A stretch of DNA of 64,000 nt from an uncultured Anaerolineales bacterium (GCA_964577995.1 CAZOBP010000002.1:15972-79971), one strand, 5' to 3'. Numbered from the stretch's first letter, positions 39,599 through 48,979 are shown. The notes: generated by a model not told the origin, from the sequence alone. Made by a program: numbers and translations.

Positions 39599-40914
39599 TT
39601 CTCCTCATTCGAGCGATGATTGTGCCCGGCTGCAGCGTTCCTCGCTAGAGAGGGGTGTGGAGATTCCGCGGCACTTGCGACTTCAACTCCACAGGCAACC
39701 GGCTCAATAGGGCGTCTCTCTGTCCTGGTCTGCATTCCGATCAGCAAGAAGGAGACAGCGGTCAGAAGTGCCACGCCGGCCATGGAGTACCAAACCAGGA
39801 CGGGGCTGAGGCTATCGTTGATCATACCCCCCACCGCGGGCGCCAAGCCGAAGGAAAGACCGAAGCTCATACCGTACACACCCATGTAGCGGCCCCTCAT
39901 GGTCTCAGGGGCCACGTTGGCCACGAAAGCGGTCGATGAAGGAGCGAAGATCAGCTCGCCAACAGTAACGACGATCATGCTCACCAGGAACATGGAGAAA
40001 GTGGACGAGACGGCTACCGTGCCCAGCCCGAGGGCCACGAAGAGTGAGCTCACACTCAGCGCGGGCGCCAAGGCAACCCTCTTCAGCAGCTTCGCCATCG
40101 GGTACTGGAACAGAACCACCATGGCTGCATTGGTGGCCATGATCAGCCCGTATTGGCTCTCGACGATCTGGTATTGATCTTTGATGTAGACAGGCAGGAT
40201 GGTCATCACCTGTGCGTAGGCTATGCCCATCACGCCCAAGGTTACGCAGAAGGCGAGGAAGGGGACATCTCGCACAAGGCGTCCGTAGCCTTGGGTCAGC
40301 GCGGCAGCGTCCGTATCCGCGACGAAAGTCGTGGGCTTGGTCTCTTTGGTGAAGAAGAGAATGATCAGGAAGTAGATCGCCGAGGCAAGGGCTGCTGCCG
40401 CGAAGGAGATGAGATATGAGCGTGTGGCGATGAAACCTCCTATCGCCGGTCCAATGGCGATGCCCAGGTTGGATACGATTCTCATCAGACCGTAGGCTTC
40501 TATCCTCTTCTCCGGTTCGACCATGTCGGCCACCATGGCGTTGAGTGCGGGGTTGAAGAGGCTGCCGCAGAATCCGGAGAGCATGATCAGGGTGACGAAG
40601 GAGGGTAGTGTGTCCGCCAGTCCAAGACTGATCATGATCGCGGACCGCGAGCCGAGGCTGACGGCCATGGCGATCTTCCTGCCGAACCGATCCACTAGCG
40701 GTCCGCCGATGACTTGTGACACGAGGCCGGCGCCGGAGTTCGCGGCCAAGACGAGCCCGACCACGGTAAGGGTAACGTCCAGCTTTTCGCGGACGTAGAT
40801 AGTCATGAAGGGCCATACCAGGCTCATGCCTATGGAGCTCACGAGCTGGCCGAAGAACAGGATCCAGAACTGTCTCGGATAGTCTGATAGCCGGTCCGTG
40901 AGGGTCGAAGGCAC
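39595..40914 (-). CDS. MFS transporter
   Basis: 12-TM-like hydrophobic profile with the GGPLVDRFGRK MFS loop motif. GTG 40914 follows GAGGAG; the ORF is open to 40947. Confidence 0.85.
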   Translation of the reverse strand: MPSTLTDRLSDYPRQFWILFFGQLVSSIGMSLVWPFMTIYVREKLDVTLTVVGLVLAANSGAGLVSQVIGGPLVDRFGRKIAMAVSLGSRSAIMISLGLADTLPSFVTLIMLSGFCGSLFNPALNAMVADMVEPEKRIEAYGLMRIVSNLGIAIGPAIGGFIATRSYLISFAAAALASAIYFLIILFFTKETKPTTFVADTDAAALTQGYGRLVRDVPFLAFCVTLGVMGIAYAQVMTILPVYIKDQYQIVESQYGLIMATNAAMVVLFQYPMAKLLKRVALAPALSVSSLFVALGLGTVAVSSTFSMFLVSMIVVTVGELIFAPSSTAFVANVAPETMRGRYMGVYGMSFGLSFGLAPAVGGMINDSLSPVLVWYSMAGVALLTAVSFLLIGMQTRTERRPIEPVACGVEVASAAESPHPSLARNAAAGHNHRSNEEK

Positions 40915-40918
40915 CGAT

Positions 40919-41992
40919 TCACTCCTCTTCGTACAGATAGGCCACAAGCTGTGGTGCGAGAGCTTCGAGGCGCTCCCTGGAGACTTCGTAGGTGATGTGG
41001 TTGTCCACCGGTTTTTCCTCTACTATGCCGGCCTCTTTGAGGATTCGAAGGTGTCTGGAGACGGAAGGCTGCGAGATGTGGCATAGCTTGGCCAGCTTGC
41101 TGCCGTATACCTGCGGGTCGCTCGCGATCCATCTCAGCAACCTCAGGCGCGTCTTGTCCCCCAGAGCCTTGGCTGTGGCGATGATCTCTTCCTCGATCTC
41201 GTGCAGTTCTTCCCTGCGTCGTTCAGTCAACTGGCAATCGTAGATGACCGTGATAGATCCATATCCGTAGAACATGAGATGATGCCGCGCGAAGTAGGAG
41301 GGCACGAGAACCACCTCTTGCAGAGGGTATCCCTGGGGTATCTGGTCGGGCAGAGTCGATTTGTTGGACAGTGTCTTGACGAACTCCAGAGCATCCTGGT
41401 GCCTGAGAGCCTGGGATTTCTCCCGTATGCTGCTGTCCCAAAGCCCGACGTATTGCTTGCTTTCCTCCTCGAAGAAGGCCTGCCAGTAGTTTCTCCACAG
41501 TCTCAACAGCCTTGCTTTATAGGCCCCTGGCTCTGCGACCAGTTGAAGATAGCCCTCTGTCCTGAACCTGCTCTCAGTGTGCGGGCAGCCTTCAGGGAAG
41601 GCGTGGGTGATTATGGAGAGCAGCGATTCCATGTTGGGTTGCACCTTGGCCATCTCGTCAGGTGGGGCCAGTCGCCCAAGAGTGTAGAACAGGAACTGGG
41701 CTGTGCTCAGCCCCTCAACGTAGTTGATAAACCCGGGGATGTCGTGGTGGTCAGTATAGTCAACCGCCAATTCCATCAGCAGGACACCGTTCTCGAACCT
41801 GCTGTACAGGAAGTCCAAGTCGTCCAACACATCTTTGGATAGCCGAGGTCTGACCTCAGCCGCCCATCTCTCATGACGAGCAGTCGGGCGGTGCAGCGCT
41901 CCCAAGCTGAGCATCATCTCGTATATCGCTGAGCTGCGGAAGCTGACCATCGAAGGCGATTCTTCAGTATCTGTGCGGACCAGTGGCGACAT
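40919..41992 (-). CDS. ArsR-family transcriptional regulator with a ~270-aa N-terminal domain of unknown function
   Basis: C-terminal ALGDKTRLRLLRWIA...LAKLCHISQPSVSRHLRILKEAGIV is an ArsR HTH. The likely start is the ATG at 41992; the ORF is open to 42073. Confidence 0.8.
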   Translation of the reverse strand: MSPLVRTDTEESPSMVSFRSSAIYEMMLSLGALHRPTARHERWAAEVRPRLSKDVLDDLDFLYSRFENGVLLMELAVDYTDHHDIPGFINYVEGLSTAQFLFYTLGRLAPPDEMAKVQPNMESLLSIITHAFPEGCPHTESRFRTEGYLQLVAEPGAYKARLLRLWRNYWQAFFEEESKQYVGLWDSSIREKSQALRHQDALEFVKTLSNKSTLPDQIPQGYPLQEVVLVPSYFARHHLMFYGYGSITVIYDCQLTERRREELHEIEEEIIATAKALGDKTRLRLLRWIASDPQVYGSKLAKLCHISQPSVSRHLRILKEAGIVEEKPVDNHITYEVSRERLEALAPQLVAYLYEEE

Positions 41993-42087
41993 GGTGGTGC
42001 TCCCAACTTTCCTTGTTCCGCCGCTATTGGTACGCCGTGTCCGAAGATGCCGGCATTCCAGACCAGTGGACAAGGGGGTATATGTGT

Positions 42088-42099
42088 AATTAGCTAATT
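42088..42099. promoter_or_regulatory. Perfect 12-bp palindrome AATTAGCTAATT in an AT-rich patch (candidate ArsR operator/promoter)
   Basis: Seen directly. It lies just upstream of the ArsR-MFS-ABC operon, in the only strongly AT-rich stretch of this region (42080-42140). Confidence 0.35.
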
Positions 42100-42386
42100 G
42101 TCGAATGAGCTATATCATATATTCTGTATGATGTCAAGCTTCTGACGCCCACGGAACCTTAAGAGATGTACCGTTTGGTGCTAAAGGGCGACCGCAGTGA
42201 AAGGGGGTCGAGAGCCTTCCCCGGGGTAGGTCCCGCGCAGGACTTCAGTCAGTCGCTAGCGCTGGGAAGGCGGCTTGAGCCAGTCCGGGAAAATGCCGGA
42301 AGCATCTTCCCCTCTTCCCGCAGTATCGACGGCACCCACCCTAGGCGCTGTGAGAACGCTTTTCTTCACATTCTCCACCGAGATTC

Positions 42387-42415
42387 TTGACTTTGGCCTG
42401 CTGGAAGGCTAGAAT
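42387..42415 (+). promoter_or_regulatory. Sigma70-like promoter TTGACT-17nt-TAGAAT
   Basis: TTGACT at 42387-92 and TAGAAT at 42410-15, 42 nt upstream of the htrA-like GTG. Confidence 0.55.
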
Positions 42416-42456
42416 GGGTTATCAGGAGAATCTCGCGAGACAACCGAGGTGTGTAA

Positions 42457-43683
42457 GTGAATAGCGGGAGTGGGAGTGAGTCCGTAACTTCCGTGAGCAG
42501 GGGCCGATGGCGGCTCTCAGCGTTGTGCTCACTACTATTGACCAGTGTGCTCTTGGCCTGTGTGCCTCTTCCGGCGAGCTTCACCTCCTCCGAGACGGAG
42601 GAGAGCGCCAGTCCGACGCCGATCGTGGTCGTAGCCACTCCCACCGCGATACCGGCCGAGGTGCTCGACGAAGCGTCGGCCGAGGACCTACTTCTGATCA
42701 ACCTCTACGAGCGGGTGAACCCATCTGTGGTCAACATCGAGATACTGATATCAGCTGCGTCCTCGTTGGGCGGTGACCTCTATGCGGAGGGTGAAGGATC
42801 GGGCTTCATCATCGACAAAGAGGGACGCATTGTCACCAACAACCATGTGGTGGAAGGGGCGGAAGAGGTCCAGGTCACACTGTACGACGGGACGATGGCG
42901 GAGGCCCGGGTGCTGGGCACAGACCCCCACAGTGATCTGGCTGTGATCGAGGTAGACCTTCCCGCGGAGGTTCTTCATCCTGTGCAGTTGGGTGACTCCG
43001 ACCAGCTCAGGGTCGGACAGCGAGTCATCGCCATCGGGAACCCCTATGGTCTGGAGGGGACGATGACCACAGGCATCGTCAGTGCCTTGGGACGCACCCT
43101 GCCTGCGGAGAGCCAGTTCGCCATACCAAACGTCGTCCAAACAGACGCAGCAATCAATCCGGGCAACTCAGGGGGGCCGTTGCTCGACTCCGAAGGGCTG
43201 CTGATCGGCGTCAACACGGCCATCAGTACCACTACGGGGGGAAACAGCGGGGTCGGCTTCGCGGTGCCCGTGAACCTCTTAAAGCGAGTGGTGCTTGAGC
43301 TCATCTCCAGCGGTCACTACGATCACCCCCAGCTTGGCATCAAGGGTATGACGATCACCCCTCTTCTCGTCAAAGAGTTGGACCTGGCTGTCGAAAGTGG
43401 TGTCCTAGTGTCCGAGGCCACCGCGGATGGCCCTGCTGACAAGGCCGGCATCCGAGGGGGCAGCACGGAGGTCTCCATACGGGGCAACCTGGTGCGTACG
43501 GGAGGCGACATCATAGTCAGCATAGACGGGTACGAGATAGAGCAGTTCGAGGATTTGCTGTCCTACATCGTCATGGAGACGGAGGTCGGGCAGGAGGTGG
43601 CGCTGGGCATCGTGCGCGACGGAGAGGAACGAGTCATCAAGGTCGCCTTGGGAGCCCGCCCCGAGGTGGAGATTGGCGGCTAG
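42457..43683 (+). CDS. HtrA/DegP-family serine protease with PDZ domain
   Basis: TNNHVV (His), D in HSDLAV, GNSGGPL (Ser) and a C-terminal PDZ. The N-terminal signal has an LLAC lipobox-like site. Confidence 0.9.
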   Translation: MNSGSGSESVTSVSRGRWRLSALCSLLLTSVLLACVPLPASFTSSETEESASPTPIVVVATPTAIPAEVLDEASAEDLLLINLYERVNPSVVNIEILISAASSLGGDLYAEGEGSGFIIDKEGRIVTNNHVVEGAEEVQVTLYDGTMAEARVLGTDPHSDLAVIEVDLPAEVLHPVQLGDSDQLRVGQRVIAIGNPYGLEGTMTTGIVSALGRTLPAESQFAIPNVVQTDAAINPGNSGGPLLDSEGLLIGVNTAISTTTGGNSGVGFAVPVNLLKRVVLELISSGHYDHPQLGIKGMTITPLLVKELDLAVESGVLVSEATADGPADKAGIRGGSTEVSIRGNLVRTGGDIIVSIDGYEIEQFEDLLSYIVMETEVGQEVALGIVRDGEERVIKVALGARPEVEIGG

Positions 43684-43736
43684 GGGCCGTCCGTGCCGGT
43701 GGATTCGACGGTGGAGCATACTGACGGGAGAGAGAC

Positions 43737-44081
43737 CTGGAGCCCGGTGAACTCGCAAAAGAGCTGGTAGAAGCGATCAGCGACAAGAAGGGATCGGACA
43801 TCGTCCTGCTTGATGTTCGACCGGTGTCGCTGTTGGCCGACTACTTCATCATTTGTAGCGGAGACACGGAGCGGCAGGTCAAGGCTATCGTTGACGAGGT
43901 ACGCGAGAGAGGACAGGATGCCGAATTGCGGCCCTCGCAGGTCGAAGGCACGCCCAGCTCCGGTTGGATGGTTCTGGACTACGGCGTGGTGATCGTGCAT
44001 GTGTTCCTGCCATCTGAGCGTGACTACTACCAGTTGGAGGAGTTGTGGAGCGACGCCACGCTGGTGGTCAGCATACAGTGA
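43737..44081 (+). CDS. rsfS: Ribosome silencing factor RsfS (iojap); start codon unresolved
   Basis: ELAKELVEAISDKKGSDIVLLDV...ADYFIICSG.S.RQVKAI...W.LLDYG.VIVHVF is RsfS-like. The homology begins upstream of the first canonical in-frame start (GTG 43824). Only a CTG at 43737 is available after the in-frame TGA at 43722. Confidence 0.7.
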   Translation: MEPGELAKELVEAISDKKGSDIVLLDVRPVSLLADYFIICSGDTERQVKAIVDEVRERGQDAELRPSQVEGTPSSGWMVLDYGVVIVHVFLPSERDYYQLEELWSDATLVVSIQ

Positions 44082-44088
44082 AATAGCG

Positions 44089-44814
44089 CTAAGCTACGCT
44101 TTGGCAGTCTTGCCTGAGTCTGTCCCAGAGGCCGGGCAGTACCTCAGCGGCGGACCCCAGAAGGACCTCGTCCGCGTAGGGAGAGAGAGGCGTTCTCTCC
44201 AGGTTCACCTCAATGAGATACGCCCCGTGGTGCTTCGCTATGGCAGGTAGGGACGCAGCCGGCTGAACCACGGCTGACGTGCCGACGACCAGCATCAGGT
44301 CACATCTCTCAGCGGCAGCGTGGGCCGCTTGCAGCAAGCTGTGATCAAGTGATTCCCCGAACCATACTACATGGGGCCGCAGGGGTGCACCGCAGGAGCA
44401 CCTGGGTGGTATCTGAGGCAGAGGCACGTCCTCGTTGACAAACACCGAGCCCTCTGCGGTACAGCGTACCTGCCAGATGTTGCCGTGAAGCTCGACCATT
44501 CGTTCGCTGCCCGCTCGCTGATGCAGGCCGTCCACATTCTGGGTGATGAGGATGAATTCCTCGCATTCCCTTTCCATCTCCACCAGAGTGCCGTGGGCAG
44601 CGTTGGGCTCGCAAGCAGCTATCAGCCCACGGCGCCAGTCGTACCATTCCCAGACCAGGGCAGCGTCTCTCGCGAAAGCCTGAGGGGTGGCCAGTTCCTC
44701 GGCGCGATAGTGGCGCCATAGTCCGTCCTCGCCACGAAAGGTGGGTACTCCGCTTTCGGCGGAGATCCCAGAACCTGTGAGCACGGTGACGGAGGTGTAC
44801 CTCATCTCATCCAC
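44089..44814 (-). CDS. NAD-dependent protein deacylase, Sir2/CobB family
   Basis: GSGISAESGVPTFRG, QNVDGLH, a Zn-ribbon with Cys pairs, and VVWFGE. Confidence 0.9.
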   Translation of the reverse strand: MDEMRYTSVTVLTGSGISAESGVPTFRGEDGLWRHYRAEELATPQAFARDAALVWEWYDWRRGLIAACEPNAAHGTLVEMERECEEFILITQNVDGLHQRAGSERMVELHGNIWQVRCTAEGSVFVNEDVPLPQIPPRCSCGAPLRPHVVWFGESLDHSLLQAAHAAAERCDLMLVVGTSAVVQPAASLPAIAKHHGAYLIEVNLERTPLSPYADEVLLGSAAEVLPGLWDRLRQDCQSVA

Positions 44815-44832
44815 CTGTGTGTGGATCCCCCA

Positions 44833-45423
44833 CTAGAACATGACGGTCTCTGCGGCAGTTTCGTAGGAGCACAGTTCGTCTTCTGAGAACCAGTGACTGA
44901 TCTCGTGGGCGGCCTCGTCGTGATCGCTCGAGGCGTGGACGAGGTTCCTGACCGCTCTCTTCAACTCGTTCGCGACTATGGGCGAGGTGATGGAGAAATC
45001 GCCTCTTATGGTGCCAGGCTCCGCGAAGGCGGGCAGCGTGAAGCCACACATCTTGCGGACGACGCTTATGGCGTGGGCACCTTCCACTACCAGGGCCACC
45101 AGTGGCCCAGACGTCAGGTAGTCTACGTTCCAGTCCTTGATCATGTTGCCGATCTCCGTCGGGTCGGCGGTACCGATCTCCTGGACGGGGTCCTTTCCCT
45201 GGTCCTGGTAGGTCTGAAGTGTCTTTTCGCCCATGCCCTTGATCCACTCCGGGGTGTTAGGGTAATGGTTCGCGGCGTGCTCCCTGGAGACCTGCACGAG
45301 CTTCAGGGCCACGATCTTGAGGCCTACCTCCTCGAATCTGGTGAGCACTCTGCCCACGATGCCTCTCTTCACGCAGTCGGGTTTGATGAGCACGAGTGTC
45401 GTCTCCACGCAGTCCGATTTCAT
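44833..45423 (-). CDS. Nucleoside-diphosphate kinase-like protein with an internal insertion
   Basis: TLVLIKPD, GTIRGDF and NLVHAS (catalytic His context). It is 196 aa, against about 140-150 for canonical Ndk. Confidence 0.7.
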   Translation of the reverse strand: MKSDCVETTLVLIKPDCVKRGIVGRVLTRFEEVGLKIVALKLVQVSREHAANHYPNTPEWIKGMGEKTLQTYQDQGKDPVQEIGTADPTEIGNMIKDWNVDYLTSGPLVALVVEGAHAISVVRKMCGFTLPAFAEPGTIRGDFSITSPIVANELKRAVRNLVHASSDHDEAAHEISHWFSEDELCSYETAAETVMF

Positions 45424-45524
45424 CTTCCAAGTCCTTTCTCCACTGTCCGGTCACAGTCTGAAGGCGTGCAGCGGGCGCCACACGCCTTCGGTAGTAGATG
45501 AGTCCGCATTCACGCGAGCGTACG

Positions 45525-48500
45525 TCAACGAGCAAACATGACTCTCAGCCAGCGATACTTGTCCAGGGCTTTCTGTAGTTGGCCACTCCTCATGTAGGCG
45601 TCGGCGAGAAGCTCCTGAGTGCGTAGGTGATCTGGGGTGCTCTCCACGGCGATCTCTAGATCGGAAGTGACCTCATGTATCATACCTCCAAACGAGAGCA
45701 TCATCTGATATTGCAGTGCTGCCTGATCCAGGTCGCCCGCCTGTGAGTAGGCCCGTGCCAGGGCTAGGCGCGCGGTGTGATCGCGAGGATTGGCATCGAG
45801 GTGTTCGATATACTGCTCAAGGTCCCAGTCGGGTTGAGGCGTCTCCTCCAATGGGCGCTCCGGAGAGATATCCTCTGCCTCTGCGAAAGCCTCGGCCACT
45901 AGTGGCTTCTCCTCGACAGCCTGAGGGGCGACGGGCTCCTGAGGGACGGCCTCTGCTTCCTCGTCAGGCCAGGTTGCAGCCTCATGGACGGCCGCTTCGG
46001 CTGCTGGAGTCTCAACAGCCGCCGCACTCTTTGCTGCTCCCGCTCGCAGGTCGCGCAGCCAGGACGGTAGCTCTTCTTCTTGTATTGCTGGCAAGGGCGC
46101 CTCATCGGACGCGGCAGTCCTTTCCAGGAGAGCGCCTGTCTCTCCCTCTGCGGCTTGCGCTCTCAACTCGCGGAGCCATGAAGGCACGTGCTCGTCGAGA
46201 GGAGGTGCGACCATGTCGGCAACTCCTGGCTCCTCAGGGCGGATGGCTTCGATAGGCTGCCTTTCTTCTGAAGGGTGCACCGGCCAGGACGGCGCCTCCG
46301 CGGTCGGCGACTCCCTCTCTTCGGCCTCGAGCGCCGGTTGCTCCCCAGCTACCTCCGCCTTCAACTCCTCGAGCCAGGATGGGAGCTCTGCTTCCACCCT
46401 ATGGGCTGAAAGATCCTCCTGTGGCAGGGTTTCGGGTTCCTCGGCTGAAACCAGTGGTTCTTCTCTGTATGCCTCTGCCCGCAGCTCCTGTAGCCAGGGT
46501 GGCACCTCCTCTTCCCCTGTGGGGAGAGGCTCGGTTGCCTCGGGCGGGAGCTCACCGCCTTCTGGCTGGTACGGCGGTTCTACGCCGGTTGCCTCTGCAC
46601 GCAATTGGCGCAGCCAGGAGGGCATCTCCTCCTCCACCACGATGGCCGGTGACGTGTCCTCAGCAGGACTCCTCGGCTCCCCTTGTGGCACCGATGGTTC
46701 CTCTCTGGCTGCCTCTTCGCGCAGGTCGTGCAGCCAGGAGGGCATCTCTTCTTCCTCCGCGCCAGGCATGGCCGTCTCCGGAGCAGGGGTCTCGGCTTCC
46801 ACTCGCGGTGCCGGTGGTTCCCCTCTGGCTGTCTCTTCGCGCAGGTCGCGCAGCCAGGAGGGCATCTCCTCTTCGTTCGCCATCGGAAGCCCTGGCTCCT
46901 CGGGAGGAACCATCGTTGGTGCCTCGGGGGCGATGACAGCCTCTTCCATGGCTGCCTCTTCCTCCAGGACGCGCTCCGCGGCTGCTGTCTCTTCTGCCTC
47001 TGGGAACACCTCCTCGCTAATCGGCTCAAGTCCCGCTAGGAGGCCAGCCTCTTCCAACTCGCCTGCTACGTCCTCGTCCTCCAAGCCCGACCCCACCTCT
47101 TGCGGAGGCGGTAGCACTTCGTCGTCCATGGCCTTGGGCTTCATCTCCCTCAGCCAGGTTGGTATCTCGTCTTCCTGGGTGGGGATCGCTGCTTCCTCTG
47201 TTGGCGCCCCAGAGTCCTCTTCGAGCAATGCCTCTTCTGCACCCTCGGCCTCAGGTCGAAGATCGCGCAGCCAGGTCGGCATCTGCTCTTGCTCGGTGGT
47301 CTCCGACAGAGGCTCGGACTCCTGCGCTGGTTGCAGTTCCTCCAGGGCGGCCGCAGGGATCTCCCCTTCCCCGAGCAATGCCTTCGACTCTTCCATCCAG
47401 GTCATGATCTCGTCAATGGAGGCTGATTCGTCGGGCATAGTCTCCCGCAGGCGATCCATGGTCTGTCCGGTGATGTTCGAGGGCTCCTCCTCAGGTGCCG
47501 CGAACTCCCCTTCAGACAGCGCTGTGGCGGATAGAACGCTCTCCACTTCTTGCTCACCAACAATGGGCTCCTGTGCGGGTTGGTCTGAGGCCGCCTCCTG
47601 CCGCAGGCTGCGGAGCCAATCTGGTGTTTCGTCTGGTTCGCCAGGCTCCTCCTCTGGCTCTACACTTGACGGTACGGGCTGGATGACTTCACCTTCGGCC
47701 TGGAAAGGCCCTGCCGCGCCCTCGGGCTGCGCCAAGATCTCCTGTGCCTTTGCACCCATCTCTTCGTCCGGCTGAGCAACGGTCTCAGGTCCTATGGGTG
47801 GGACTATCTCCTCAGACGGAAGATCTCCGGCCTCCTCTTTCAGATCGCCGAGCCACTGGGGTATGCCTTCATCGATCTCGTGGCCGGGTGGACCACCGGC
47901 GTCCGCTACATCGGTGGTCTGCTCGGGGCTCTCTTCAGCCAGCTCTCGGAGCCAAGCAGGCATCTCCTGCGCCTCGGATGGCGTGGCGACCTCCTCAGGC
48001 GTGGCTTCCTTTTCTTCCTCTTGGAGCTTGCGCAGCCAATCTGGTGTCGCCTCGTCCAGGCGCTTGCCTGCGTCTGAGGGAGGGCCTTCCTTCCGGGCAC
48101 CGGTGCCCTTGTCAGCTACCGGAGCCTCAGACTTGAGTTCTTCGAGCTGCTCATCCAGCTCTTCCCGATCCAGTCTGGGCACGGTGACCGTCCCAGGCGG
48201 AAGTGGAGACTTATCGTGGAACAACTCGTGGGCGACGACACTCTCCGGGTCCATAGCTTGAGCTGTGTCGAGGAGAGACTGAGCTTCTGGCTGCCGACCG
48301 GCACTGAGCAGGATCTCGCCGAGTATGAGGTTGGCTTTGAGGCAATTGGGGTACTGCTCCAGCAAGGCTTCGCAGATCCTTGCCGCTTCTTGCCTCTGTT
48401 CGCTCCACGAGAGTGCCTGGGCCAGTGCGATCTGGATGTCTGCGCGTTCAGGGTCTTCTTCCAAGACCGCTCTGAACTCATCTATAGCGCGCTGGTACAG

Positions 48501-48932
48501 TTCCTCCCTCATGTACAAGCGACCTAGCGCCGCAGAAGTGAGCTTCAGCTTCTGGGGAGCGGCTCCGTCGCGATCACTGTAGAGCCTTTGCAGTTCCTTT
48601 CTGATCTCAGCATTGCCGGGGTTGATCTCGAAGGCGCGTTCGAGTTGCCAGATCGCTTCGTCCAGAGCGCCCTGCTCGTCGAAGACAATGCCCAGGCCTA
48701 CGTAGACCACCATGTCTTCCATGTCAGCGCCCAGTACCCGCTTGAAAAGGTTGGCCGCCTCGATGTAGTCGCCCTTCTCGAGACATGCCTCGCCCATGAG
48801 CCGGTAGGCTCTGACGTACCTGGGATACAGTTTCAGGATGTGCCGGCAGATGGCGATGGCCTGATCATATGAGTCGGCCCTGATCAGCTCCCTTGCTTCG
48901 TCACAGTATTTGCTCAGGGTTACCTCAGCCAT
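45525..48932 (-). CDS. Large TPR protein with a central acidic array of PxWL(R)(D/E)L(R) repeats
   Basis: TPR repeats at both termini. The central ~750 aa is E/P/A-rich with about 13 copies of (E/D)-hydrophobic-P-x-W-L-x-x-L. ATG 48932 follows GGCGGAGGAAG. Confidence 0.8.
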   Translation of the reverse strand: MAEVTLSKYCDEARELIRADSYDQAIAICRHILKLYPRYVRAYRLMGEACLEKGDYIEAANLFKRVLGADMEDMVVYVGLGIVFDEQGALDEAIWQLERAFEINPGNAEIRKELQRLYSDRDGAAPQKLKLTSAALGRLYMREELYQRAIDEFRAVLEEDPERADIQIALAQALSWSEQRQEAARICEALLEQYPNCLKANLILGEILLSAGRQPEAQSLLDTAQAMDPESVVAHELFHDKSPLPPGTVTVPRLDREELDEQLEELKSEAPVADKGTGARKEGPPSDAGKRLDEATPDWLRKLQEEEKEATPEEVATPSEAQEMPAWLRELAEESPEQTTDVADAGGPPGHEIDEGIPQWLGDLKEEAGDLPSEEIVPPIGPETVAQPDEEMGAKAQEILAQPEGAAGPFQAEGEVIQPVPSSVEPEEEPGEPDETPDWLRSLRQEAASDQPAQEPIVGEQEVESVLSATALSEGEFAAPEEEPSNITGQTMDRLRETMPDESASIDEIMTWMEESKALLGEGEIPAAALEELQPAQESEPLSETTEQEQMPTWLRDLRPEAEGAEEALLEEDSGAPTEEAAIPTQEDEIPTWLREMKPKAMDDEVLPPPQEVGSGLEDEDVAGELEEAGLLAGLEPISEEVFPEAEETAAAERVLEEEAAMEEAVIAPEAPTMVPPEEPGLPMANEEEMPSWLRDLREETARGEPPAPRVEAETPAPETAMPGAEEEEMPSWLHDLREEAAREEPSVPQGEPRSPAEDTSPAIVVEEEMPSWLRQLRAEATGVEPPYQPEGGELPPEATEPLPTGEEEVPPWLQELRAEAYREEPLVSAEEPETLPQEDLSAHRVEAELPSWLEELKAEVAGEQPALEAEERESPTAEAPSWPVHPSEERQPIEAIRPEEPGVADMVAPPLDEHVPSWLRELRAQAAEGETGALLERTAASDEAPLPAIQEEELPSWLRDLRAGAAKSAAAVETPAAEAAVHEAATWPDEEAEAVPQEPVAPQAVEEKPLVAEAFAEAEDISPERPLEETPQPDWDLEQYIEHLDANPRDHTARLALARAYSQAGDLDQAALQYQMMLSFGGMIHEVTSDLEIAVESTPDHLRTQELLADAYMRSGQLQKALDKYRWLRVMFAR
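46561..46920. repeat. Three tandem 120-nt (40-codon) repeat units inside the TPR/acidic gene
   Basis: GCGCAGCCAGGAGGGCATCTC recurs at 46609, 46729 and 46849 with similar flanks (plus-strand view). More diverged copies lie on both sides. Confidence 0.85.
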
Positions 48933-48979
48933 GGTTCTTCCTCCGCCAACATTAAGAAGCCGGGGTTCCACCCAATAGT

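Noticed and set aside
39905-40816. 303-aa alternative-frame ORF inside the MFS gene (same strand).
   Set aside because: The product is Arg/Gly/His-rich and non-membrane-like, and the overlapping frame gives a coherent 12-TM MFS protein.
46213-47775. 520-aa Ser-rich ORF on the plus strand.
   Set aside because: It is the antisense reading of the acidic Glu/Pro repeat gene (GAG/GAA read as CTC/TTC). It is extreme low complexity with no RBS, whereas the minus-strand frame has TPR domains and a good start context.
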